Shown here piece by piece: positions 1-7,924 of a stretch of DNA of 59,734 nucleotides; the stretch's first letter is position 1; the number at the start of each line of letters is the position of its first letter. The position numbers and the translations under genes are program-made. Below the pieces are notes generated by a model, which saw only the letters and a program-made list of their open reading frames with translations, was not told the DNA's origin and ran no database searches. The stretch comes from Terriglobia bacterium (GTDB lineage: Bacteria > Acidobacteriota > Terriglobia > Acidiferrales > 2-02-FULL-67-57): positions 1 through 59,734 of the forward strand of contig JBHIAG010000001.1 in assembly GCA_046758465.1 (NCBI GenBank), written 5' to 3'.

Positions 1-61
1 CGAAGCGTAGGATGCGCCGAGACTGTTTGACCAGCCGCTGACTGGTGGCCCGCGAGGCAGG

Positions 62-466
62 ATGAATCTCTTTCGCAACTGGGCGGCCAGCGATTTCCAG
101 CAGCAGGCGGCAGAGTTTTGCGCTTTGGCGCGCGCATCCTATGGACTCGAACTCGACTACACCGCCGCTACCCTCACCGACCTCGACCACCTGATTGAGA
201 CTCACTTCGGCCCCCGCTCCGCCGACGACAACCCGGCGGTCATCGTGATGATGGGCTGCTACGTGGGCGAGGTGCTCATCCGCCGGCATGGCGGTGTCTG
301 GTGTGGCGCTGAGGAGTTCTTTCGCTCCCCGGCGGTGGTGATGGAAGGAAAACTCCAGACCCGCACCTTTCCTCTTTCCCGCGTGTGGAAGCGCTTCGAG
401 TACGGCCCCGAGCATTCCCTCGAAGCCTACTACCGCGAAGTGGGCGGTCTCCTTGCCCGCCTCTAA
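62..466 (+). CDS. hypothetical protein (134 aa)
   Basis: Longest ORF here with an ATG start. Balanced amino-acid composition, unlike the Arg/Pro/Ala-rich overlapping off-frame ORFs. No family recognised by eye. Confidence 0.5.
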   Translation: MNLFRNWAASDFQQQAAEFCALARASYGLELDYTAATLTDLDHLIETHFGPRSADDNPAVIVMMGCYVGEVLIRRHGGVWCGAEEFFRSPAVVMEGKLQTRTFPLSRVWKRFEYGPEHSLEAYYREVGGLLARL

Positions 467-556
467 CTTTCCTCAACCCGCCCATGGCCGCAGGAGGGCG
501 GCGGCCCGCCGCGCATGCAAAAGTTAGCGAAGCTGCGCTATCATTCCTGAAAGCCG

Positions 557-895
557 ATGTTATCTGAAAGGCCAGAATCGGGTGAGCGCCGGCGCAGTCC
601 GCGCGTGCTCTGGCGCGCTTCCGTGGTGGCATTCTGGACAACCCCGGAGGGGAGGCAGCGCGAGGCAGCAGGGGAGTGTGAAGTGGTCAACGCTCACGGC
701 GGTTTGATTCGGCTGCCCACCCAAGTCGTTCCGCCCGCGCACCTCCATCTCATGCAAATGCAAACCCGCGCATTGCAGCAGGTGCGTGTGGTCTCGCACG
801 AAGCTATCCGCGGTGGCGTCACGCGCCTGGCGGTGGAACTCTCTCACCCCAGCAAGGAGTTCTGGGACCTTCCCATTCACTATCCGGAGAATTAG
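557..895 (+). CDS. PilZ-like small protein (variant motif)
   Basis: N-terminal RRRSPR (RxxxR-like) is followed by VVNAHGGLIRL where PilZ domains carry (D/N)xSxxG. Paralogous to 1431..1835, sharing the C-terminal VAVEL..P..FW block. Confidence 0.55.
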   Translation: MLSERPESGERRRSPRVLWRASVVAFWTTPEGRQREAAGECEVVNAHGGLIRLPTQVVPPAHLHLMQMQTRALQQVRVVSHEAIRGGVTRLAVELSHPSKEFWDLPIHYPEN

Positions 896-976
896 GCGGG
901 CTGCTGCGCGCGGCAGCAAGAGTGCCCGTGCACTGCGGATAGGGGTGATAGGGGAGCAGGAGGGGTGGCCCTGAAG

Positions 977-1216
977 ATGGCAGAGAAGCTCGTTACCATC
1001 GCCACCTTCCAGCAGCCCATCGCGGCTCACCTGGCGAAAACGAAACTGGAGTCAGAAAAGATTCTCTGTTTTGTGGCCGATGAACACATGACCCGGATGT
1101 TTCGCTTCTATTCCCCTTTCATTGGGAGCATTAAGTTGCAGGTCAAAGAATCCGATGTCGAAAGAGCCCTGGAAATTCTTGGGCAGGGGCCAGGCGCGAT
1201 GGTGGATGGAGAGTAG
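977..1216 (+). CDS. DUF2007-like putative signal-transducing protein
   Basis: About 80-aa protein MAEKLVTIATFQQPIAAHLAKTKLESEKI...VERALEIL, the typical length and pattern of the DUF2007 family. Start is ambiguous (GTG 965 or ATG 977). Confidence 0.5.
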   Translation: MAEKLVTIATFQQPIAAHLAKTKLESEKILCFVADEHMTRMFRFYSPFIGSIKLQVKESDVERALEILGQGPGAMVDGE

Positions 1217-1430
1217 AGGCGCAGGGGCTTGGGGTGGACAGAATGAAACAAATTCCTTTTTAGTGAGCGGGCAATAAATACGTAGACTCCTCGCTCTCGT
1301 TCATCTGATCAGCCGCTAGTGTTGCTGGGCCCGGTGCAGCTGCTGTTGCTGCCTGTTTTCGATTGACGGCTGACGTCGCTGTTAGGTAGTCTCTGTTGCA
1401 AATAATTCCAGCTGCCTTCCCGGAGGCACA

Positions 1431-1835
1431 TTGGTGGAGCCGCAGAAACCTCCCCTCAAGCTGGTCCCGGACCGACGGCGGGAACCCCGAGAACGACGCC
1501 GGAGCCTGCGCGTCGAGTGTCAGGTTCCTGTGGTGGTGAAGTGGGTGGTGAAGGGGAGGCCGCCGCAAGAAGAGGCCACCGAAACCAAGATCATCAACGC
1601 CCACGGCTGTCTGTTGACGCTGAAGGCTGCGGTCAGCGAGCAGATGAACGTGGAGTTGGTAAATCCCGAGACGCAGGAAGTTCACAAAGGGCGGGTGGTG
1701 TGGTGCGGTGGGGTTGACCCGCAGGGCCGCACCCAAGTGGCGGTGGAGTTAGAGAACCCCGATCCGAAGTTTTGGGGGCAAGCCTACGCGGACTTCCTGT
1801 TGTCGGCGGCGATGAAGGAGCACTGGGTGGGGTGA
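1431..1835 (+). CDS. PilZ-like small protein (paralogue of 557..895)
   Basis: Carries RRREPRERRRSLR and then IINAHGCLLTL, with the C-terminal VAVELENPDPKFW block shared with 557..895. GGAGG lies at 1422-1426. The start is TTG 1431 or, more likely, GTG 1434. Confidence 0.55.
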   Translation: MVEPQKPPLKLVPDRRREPRERRRSLRVECQVPVVVKWVVKGRPPQEEATETKIINAHGCLLTLKAAVSEQMNVELVNPETQEVHKGRVVWCGGVDPQGRTQVAVELENPDPKFWGQAYADFLLSAAMKEHWVG

Positions 1836-1966
1836 GAAGTTGCCTTGCTTGTTTCACTCGGCTCCATTTCGCCGTGCGATGCCGAGCGGCCCTAGCGCAG
1901 CCGTTTGGCGAATAGAAAGCGAAGACATCCCGCAATAACTTTCTTCCCGCAAGGCCCACTTTTTCC

Positions 1967-1995
1967 TTGACAACAAAAAGGCAGGAGCCTATAAG
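1967..1995 (+). promoter_or_regulatory. sigma70-type promoter upstream of mraZ (Pmra-like)
   Basis: TTGACA (1967-1972), a 17-nt spacer, then TATAAG (1990-1995), about 185 nt upstream of the mraZ ATG. Confidence 0.5.
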
Positions 1996-2040
1996 GTGGG
2001 ACAAAGTGGTCTAAAGTGGAATACAGTGTGGTCATGTGGG
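1996..2040 (+). promoter_or_regulatory. predicted MraZ operator: five GTGGN direct repeats at exact 10-bp phasing
   Basis: GTGGG 1996, GTGGT 2006, GTGGA 2016, GTGTG 2026 and GTGGG 2036. Three of the repeats are preceded by AAA or AAG. The array directly abuts the -10 hexamer. Confidence 0.6.
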
Positions 2041-2180
2041 AGTTAGGGGAGATTGTCGCGGGCCCGTTAGCCACTGGCAGCCACTCGTCGGGATGCGAGG
2101 TTGTTCTGCGGCTTGCGTTGCTATAAGGCGGCATCCGACGCGATCCGAGCACCATTGGCGGTGGAGGCCACAAAGTCAGC

Positions 2181-2621
2181 ATGTTGCGCGGCAACTATCA
2201 AGCGCGGGTAGACGAGAAGGGGCGGCTGAAGATTCCCGCAGCCTTCCTGGCCGAGTTGCGCGAGAGCCATGCGGGGGAGTTTTTCGTCACCAGCCTGAAC
2301 GGGGAGTTTGTGCGCATCTGGCCGCTGGAGGAGTGGAGCCGGATCGAGGAGCGGCTGGCGCGCGTCTCCTCGACCAATCGCGCCAAGAAAAAATTTCTCA
2401 ACCGCGTCAACTACTACGGCCAGTTGGCCAAGTTGGACAAGCAGGGCCGCGTGCTGATTCCCGTGCGGCTGCGCGATTCCGCCGGCATGCGCGGCGACGT
2501 CGATGTGCTGGGCTCGCTCACCTACCTCGATGTCTGGAACCATCAGCGGTTCCGCGAGGAGATCAAGAAGAGCCCGATTACGCCGGACGACGAGAAGATT
2601 CTGGATGAGCTGGGCGTGTAG
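2181..2621 (+). CDS. mraZ: transcriptional regulator MraZ
   Basis: MLRGNYQARVDEKGRLKIPAAF plus a second SpoVT/AbrB-like half (KLDKQGRVLIPVRLR). It is the first gene of the dcw cluster. Confidence 0.95.
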   Translation: MLRGNYQARVDEKGRLKIPAAFLAELRESHAGEFFVTSLNGEFVRIWPLEEWSRIEERLARVSSTNRAKKKFLNRVNYYGQLAKLDKQGRVLIPVRLRDSAGMRGDVDVLGSLTYLDVWNHQRFREEIKKSPITPDDEKILDELGV

Positions 2622-2680
2622 GGACGTGCTCGCGGGCGGCGCTGAGCCTGCGGGGCGAGTCAACGTGAGTGCTGAGGCCG

Positions 2681-3565
2681 ATGGCGCAGCGCTGGCACAG
2701 GCCGGTCATGGTCGCGGAAGTGCTCGAGTGGCTGGCCGTGCGCCCCGATGGTCACTACCTCGATGCCACTATCGGCAGCGGCGGCCACGCCGAAGCCCTG
2801 CTGGCCCGGCTCACTACGGGTAGGTTGATTGGAGTGGACAGAGACCCGATGGCACTGGAAATCGCTCAGGAGCGGTTGCGACCCTACGCGGCGAAGCTCA
2901 CGCTCGTCGAGGACACTTTCGCGCGCCTGGCGGAAATCCACGAACGGCTGGGCCTGGGCTCCCTGGACGGTCTTGTGGCCGATCTGGGCGTCTCTTCGCT
3001 GCAGTTGGACGCTCCTGAGCGAGGTTTTTCCTTTCAACGGGCCGGCCCGCTCGACATGCGGATGAACCCGAACGATACCCTGACAGCCGCCGAGCTGGTC
3101 AACCACTTCCCGGAGGGGGAGTTGGCCGCGATCATCCGGCGCTACGGCGAGGAGCGGTCGGCCCGAAAGATTGCCAGGGCAATTGTGCGTGCGCGTCCCG
3201 TCCGCGACACGCTCCACCTGGCGCAAGTTGTGGCGGGGACCCAACACAAGGGAAGGCAGAAACTGCATCCCGCAACAAGAACGTTTCTGGCGCTGCGGAT
3301 TGCGGTGAATCGAGAGCTGGAGGAGCTCGAGCAGTTTCTCCGTCGGGTCCCCGTCACATTGAAATCCGGTGGGCGCGTGGTCGTGCTCGCCTACCATTCA
3401 CTCGAAGACCGGCTCGTCAAGCAGGCTTTCCGGGCGGCCGCGGCTGCCGGCACCCTGCGGCTGCTGACTCGCAAGCCGCTTGCCCCGAGCCCGCACGAAG
3501 TCCGCGCCAATCCCCGCGCGCGCAGTGCCAAACTGCGCGCAGCCGAAAAGTTGCCGGAGAACTAG
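2681..3565 (+). CDS. rsmH: 16S rRNA (cytosine1402-N4)-methyltransferase RsmH
   Basis: Motifs DATIGSGGHAEALL, GVDRDP, DLGVSSLQLD, FSFQRAGPLDMRM, HPATRTFLALRIAVNRELEEL and YHSLEDRLVK. ATG 2681 is preferred over the GTG at 2669. Confidence 0.93.
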   Translation: MAQRWHRPVMVAEVLEWLAVRPDGHYLDATIGSGGHAEALLARLTTGRLIGVDRDPMALEIAQERLRPYAAKLTLVEDTFARLAEIHERLGLGSLDGLVADLGVSSLQLDAPERGFSFQRAGPLDMRMNPNDTLTAAELVNHFPEGELAAIIRRYGEERSARKIARAIVRARPVRDTLHLAQVVAGTQHKGRQKLHPATRTFLALRIAVNRELEELEQFLRRVPVTLKSGGRVVVLAYHSLEDRLVKQAFRAAAAAGTLRLLTRKPLAPSPHEVRANPRARSAKLRAAEKLPEN

Positions 3566-3982
3566 ATGGCAGGTGCCGCACAAATCTACTGGGTCAAGCG
3601 CATTGACAACTCGCGCTTGGTGCGCCAGTGCCACCGGGCGCGCCAGCGCGACTCCGCCGCGCTCGTCGCCGTCGCCCTCGTCAGCCTGGCGGTCATGCTC
3701 CTCTGTGCCTGGCAGCACTTTCGCTACCTCGATTCCAGTTACCGCCTCGAAGAGTTGCGTGCCCAATACGCCAGCGTGCGCGAATGGAACCGCGCGCTGC
3801 GCCTGGAGCAGGCGAGCCTGCGCGATCCCATGCGCATTGATGCACTGGCGCGCGCGCAGTTGGGCTTGCTGGTGCCGGCCGCGGGCCAATGGATTCCTCT
3901 GGGCAGTCAGGGAACTGCCGGTGCCGAGCCCGTCCTGGCCCGGCGCCTGCCGGCCAGCCAAGGTTCGCTTGCGGAGGAATAA
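3566..3982 (+). CDS. ftsL: cell division protein FtsL-like
   Basis: Sits between rsmH and ftsI, with its start immediately after the rsmH stop. Has a single TM segment (AALVAVALVSLAVMLLCAW) followed by a coiled-coil-like segment. Confidence 0.7.
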   Translation: MAGAAQIYWVKRIDNSRLVRQCHRARQRDSAALVAVALVSLAVMLLCAWQHFRYLDSSYRLEELRAQYASVREWNRALRLEQASLRDPMRIDALARAQLGLLVPAAGQWIPLGSQGTAGAEPVLARRLPASQGSLAEE

Positions 3983-4075
3983 ATACCTGTCCGGCTCGTC
4001 GGGCGCGTGTGCTACCACCCCGAGCCGTGTGGAGAAGCGAATTCGAACGGTCTTCATGACGCTGCACCCGGACCA

Positions 4076-4186
4076 GTCCCGACCCCATCGGGACCGCCCC
4101 GTACCCCACGGGGCCCGCTCGCCCGAGTCCCGCAGAGCGGGATTCGGGTTGAAGGACAGCCCCGACCCGTCCCCACCGGGTCGGGG
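4076..4186 (+). other. cluster of four GC-rich stem-loops in the ftsL-ftsI spacer
   Basis: Hairpins at 4076-4094 (7 bp), 4097-4113 (6 bp), 4122-4148 (12 bp with one G.U) and 4160-4186 (10 bp), all read directly from the sequence. Confidence 0.5.
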
Positions 4187-4246
4187 CCGCACTTATAGCA
4201 CATTCATACACGAGGTGAGCCTGAGGCTCGCGAGCCGGGGACTGCA

Positions 4247-6337
4247 ATGGCAGCGGCAACCTCCCGTGCACGTGTAATTGGTCTGGGGGTGGTTGCCTTT
4301 CTCTGGCTCGGGCTCATCCTCACCCGCCTGGTTGAACTGCAAGTCCACCGCCACGGTGAGTTCGCCGGGCGCGCCGAGCGCCAGCAGCAACGCTCCACCA
4401 CCGTCACTCCCCGCCGCGGCAGCCTCTACGACCGCAACGGCCGCGAACTCGCCATCACCATTTCCGTCGAGTCGGCTTTTGCCGTGCCCGCTGAAGTCTC
4501 CGACCCCGACCTCGCCGCGCGCTTGCTGGCCCCGGTCGTCGGCCAGCCCGCCGAGCAGATTGTCGCCCGCCTGCGCCGCCCCCGCTCCTTCGCCTGGATT
4601 GCCCGCAAGCTCGACGCCCACCAGGTCGAGCGCATCCGGGCCCTACAACTCAAAGGGATTTACTTCCAGCGAGAAAACAAACGCTTCTATCCCAAGCGCG
4701 AACTGGCCGCCCACGTCCTCGGCTTTGTCGGCTTGGATGGGAACGGCCTGGCTGGCATCGAGTACAAGCTCGACCACGAAATTCGCGGGCCACCGGGCCG
4801 CCTGCTCATCTTCACCGACGGCCGCCGCCGCTGGCTCCACCGCATGCAGAACCCTCCGGGCGAAGGTGCCAGCGTCGTCCTGACCCTGGACGAAACCATC
4901 CAGTTCATCGCTGAACGCGAGCTGGCGGCGGCCATCGCCCGCACCCGTGCCCGTTCAGGCACCATCATCGTAGCCGACCCGCATACCGGTGAAATTCTGG
5001 CGCTCGCCAACTGGCCAAGCTTCAATCCCAACGCGCCCACCGAAGTCTCCCCGACCTACCACCTCAACCGCGCCGTCAGCCTGGTGTTTGAACCGGGTTC
5101 GACCTTCAAGGTCGTCACCGTGGCGGCGGCGCTCGAAGAGGGTCTCACTCGCCCCGAGGAGCTGATCGACTGCCAGCAGGGCGGCATCGTACTCGCCGGC
5201 CACCTCATCCGCGACCACAAACCCTTTGGCTGGCTCACCGTGCGCGAAATCATCCAGGAGTCGAGCGACGTCGGCTCCATCAAGCTCGGCCTGCGCCTCG
5301 GTAAACAGAGGCTCTACAAGCACATCCGCCGCTGGGGCTTCGGCCAGCCGACCGGCGTGAGCCTGCCGGCGGAAAGTGCTGGCATCGTGCACACACCAAG
5401 CAACTGGTCACGGATTTCCATCGGCGCGATTCCGATGGGGCAGGAGATCGCCGTCACGCCCCTGCAACTCGTGGCCGCCTTTTCGGCCATCGCCAACGGC
5501 GGTGAGTGGGTGGCGCCACGCATCGTAGGCGAGGTCATTCCCTTTGGCGCCACGGCCGGAGCCGCTCTGCGGCCGCCCGCGCCGCGCCGCCGCATCATCA
5601 GCCCGCAAACGGCTAACCATCTCCGCGCCATACTGCGCGCGGTGGTCGTCAGCGGCACCGGTGTGCTGGCCCAGTCCAATGGCTATACCGCCGCCGGCAA
5701 AACTGGAACCGCACAAAAAATTGACAAGACCGGAACCTACTCCCCCACCGAATTCGTCGCCTCCTTCATCGGCTTCGCGCCTGCCCGCAAGCCCGCCATC
5801 ACGGTTCTGGTTGTGCTCGATTCACCCCTCGGCCGCTACTACGGCGGGGAAGTGGCGGCGCCCGTCTTCAAGAACATCGTCGAGCAGGTTCTGGCCCACC
5901 GGAACGTGCCGCCTGACCTGCCTGTCTTGCCCCAACCGTCCCGGTTGCGGATCGAGCGCGCTGCCGTCAGGGATTTTTCTCCCGCGCCACGCCCCCCTTC
6001 GCGCTGGACATATACCGCAGCCAACTCAGACCACGCTTTTTCGACTCCCAGTAAGTGGCTCCGACGGGCTGGCCGCGGCGTCTCCGGCGGAACCCGCAGC
6101 CGGGTGATTCTGGCAGCAGGCGAAAGCGTTACCGTGCCGAACTTCCTGGGCAAATCGCTGCGGGCCGTGGTCGAGGAAGGCGCGCGGGTAGGCCTGGAGG
6201 TGGTGCTGGTGGGCAGCGGCGTTGCAAGCCAACAATTTCCGCCTCCCGGAACCCGCCTGCCCCGGCAGAGCAAGGTGCGGGTGGAATTTCGCCGGGCGCT
6301 GTCCCGAAGCTTCGGGACGCCGGCCCGCACTATGTAG
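4247..6337 (+). CDS. ftsI: peptidoglycan D,D-transpeptidase FtsI (class B PBP) with C-terminal PASTA-like domain
   Basis: N-terminal TM segment and PBP dimerisation region. Transpeptidase motifs STFK (EPGSTFKV), SSD and KTGT (AAGKTGTAQK). The C-terminal VTVPNFLGKSLRAVVEEGARVGLEVVLVGSGVASQQFPPPGTRL is PASTA-like. Confidence 0.93.
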   Translation: MAAATSRARVIGLGVVAFLWLGLILTRLVELQVHRHGEFAGRAERQQQRSTTVTPRRGSLYDRNGRELAITISVESAFAVPAEVSDPDLAARLLAPVVGQPAEQIVARLRRPRSFAWIARKLDAHQVERIRALQLKGIYFQRENKRFYPKRELAAHVLGFVGLDGNGLAGIEYKLDHEIRGPPGRLLIFTDGRRRWLHRMQNPPGEGASVVLTLDETIQFIAERELAAAIARTRARSGTIIVADPHTGEILALANWPSFNPNAPTEVSPTYHLNRAVSLVFEPGSTFKVVTVAAALEEGLTRPEELIDCQQGGIVLAGHLIRDHKPFGWLTVREIIQESSDVGSIKLGLRLGKQRLYKHIRRWGFGQPTGVSLPAESAGIVHTPSNWSRISIGAIPMGQEIAVTPLQLVAAFSAIANGGEWVAPRIVGEVIPFGATAGAALRPPAPRRRIISPQTANHLRAILRAVVVSGTGVLAQSNGYTAAGKTGTAQKIDKTGTYSPTEFVASFIGFAPARKPAITVLVVLDSPLGRYYGGEVAAPVFKNIVEQVLAHRNVPPDLPVLPQPSRLRIERAAVRDFSPAPRPPSRWTYTAANSDHAFSTPSKWLRRAGRGVSGGTRSRVILAAGESVTVPNFLGKSLRAVVEEGARVGLEVVLVGSGVASQQFPPPGTRLPRQSKVRVEFRRALSRSFGTPARTM

Positions 6338-6389
6338 CCACACGGTCCCCATGAGATGCAAAGCAGCTACAATGAAGGAAGCATGCACG

Positions 6390-7916
6390 ATGCGCTTGCA
6401 TGAAATTCTCGACGGTATCGAGTTCGCCTCAACCCGTGGACCTGCCGAAGTTGAGATTGCCGCCGTCCGCTACGACTCCCGCGCTGTCAATCCTGGCGAC
6501 CTGTTTGTCGCCATCCGCGGTGAGCAGGCCGATGGCGACGACTATGTCGCGAGCGCCCTCACTCGCGGCGCCCTCGCCATTGTTAGCGAGCAGCCCGCGC
6601 CGGCCCCCTTCAACCGCACTTGGGTTCAGGTTCCTTCCGCCCGCCGCACCCTGGCGGTGGCCGCTGCCAACTTCTACCGCCACCCCGCGCGCGGCCTCAA
6701 GCTCATTGGCGTCACGGGAACCAATGGGAAGACCACCACTACCTATCTGCTCGAATCCATCCTCCGCACCGCCGGCCACCCCACCGGCCTGATCGGCACC
6801 GTCGAATATCGCTCGCAAGTGGGCCAGAAGGGCTGTATGGAACCCGCCCACCACACTACCCCCGAATCGCTCGACCTCCAGGCCCGGCTGGCCGAGTGGC
6901 GTGATGGCGGCGTTAGCTGGGGCGCGATGGAGGTTTCCTCCCACGGCCTGGCTCTCGACCGGGTCTATGCCTTGCCCTTCGCTGCCGCCGTCTTCACCAA
7001 CCTCGCCCGCGACCACCTCGACTTCCATGGCGATTTCCAAAACTATTTTGAAGCCAAGCAGCGGCTGTTTTTGGGTCACGGCGCGCCCCCGCCGCCCGTG
7101 GTCGCGCTCAACTCCGACGACCCCTACGGCCAGCGCCTGCGCGCTCGCTGCCGCGGTCGCGTCATGCTGCTGTACGGGAGCGGTGAGGGCGCCCAGGTGA
7201 CCGCCCGGGAGATATCGGCTGCCGCCAGTGGGCTCAGCTTTATCCTCTCGACCCCCGTCGGGTCGGCCAAAGTTCGTTCACCGCTGGTGGGCTGGCCGAA
7301 CCTCTCGAACATCCTCGCCGCCGCCGCCGCCACCCTGGCCCTCGACTTCCCCCTGGACACGGTTGTTGCCGGCATCGAGGCGCTCACCCATGTGCCCGGG
7401 CGCTTCGAACGCATTGAAGCCGGCCAACCCTTTACCGTGGTGGTCGATTTTGCCCACACCGACCTGGCGTTTGAAACCCTGCTCCAGACTGCCCGCGAAC
7501 TCACCCGCGGCCGCGTCCTCATTGTCTTTGGCTGCGGCGGCGACCGCGACCGCACCAAGCGCCCCGTGATGGGCGAAATCGCCGCCCGCCACGCCGACAC
7601 CGTCATCCTCACCACCGACAACCCCCGCTCGGAAGACCCGGTGCGCATCTTGAACGACATACTCGTCGGGGTCCAGAAAGCAGGTGCGAACTACGAAGTC
7701 GTCACCGACCGCGCGCAGGCCTTTGCCCGCGCCTTTGAACTCGCGCGCGCCGGCGACCTGGTGCTGCTGGCCGGCAAAGGCCACCAGCGCGAGCAAATCT
7801 TCCGCGACCACGTCGAGCCCTGGAATGAGCGAGAAAGCGCCCGGGCCGTGCTTCGCCGGATGGGCTTTTCGCAGCGCGTGTCGCAGTTCCGCCCGGCAGC
7901 GCTACGGGGGCATTAG
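6390..7916 (+). CDS. murE: UDP-N-acetylmuramoyl-L-alanyl-D-glutamate--2,6-diaminopimelate ligase
   Basis: Motifs GVTGTNGKTTTTYL and DNPRSEDP. A GAAGGAAG RBS lies upstream of ATG 6390. Alternative in-frame starts are at 6351 and 6372. Confidence 0.92.
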   Translation: MRLHEILDGIEFASTRGPAEVEIAAVRYDSRAVNPGDLFVAIRGEQADGDDYVASALTRGALAIVSEQPAPAPFNRTWVQVPSARRTLAVAAANFYRHPARGLKLIGVTGTNGKTTTTYLLESILRTAGHPTGLIGTVEYRSQVGQKGCMEPAHHTTPESLDLQARLAEWRDGGVSWGAMEVSSHGLALDRVYALPFAAAVFTNLARDHLDFHGDFQNYFEAKQRLFLGHGAPPPPVVALNSDDPYGQRLRARCRGRVMLLYGSGEGAQVTAREISAAASGLSFILSTPVGSAKVRSPLVGWPNLSNILAAAAATLALDFPLDTVVAGIEALTHVPGRFERIEAGQPFTVVVDFAHTDLAFETLLQTARELTRGRVLIVFGCGGDRDRTKRPVMGEIAARHADTVILTTDNPRSEDPVRILNDILVGVQKAGANYEVVTDRAQAFARAFELARAGDLVLLAGKGHQREQIFRDHVEPWNERESARAVLRRMGFSQRVSQFRPAALRGH

Positions 7917-7924
7917 CAGTGACG

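Noticed and set aside
4007-4198. A Pro-rich 63-codon ORF (plus overlapping ORFs) as a small protein in the ftsL-ftsI spacer.
   Set aside because: The composition (Pro/Gly/Arg) reflects translation of the GC-rich hairpin arms. There is no RBS, and the hairpins themselves are the more parsimonious explanation of the sequence.
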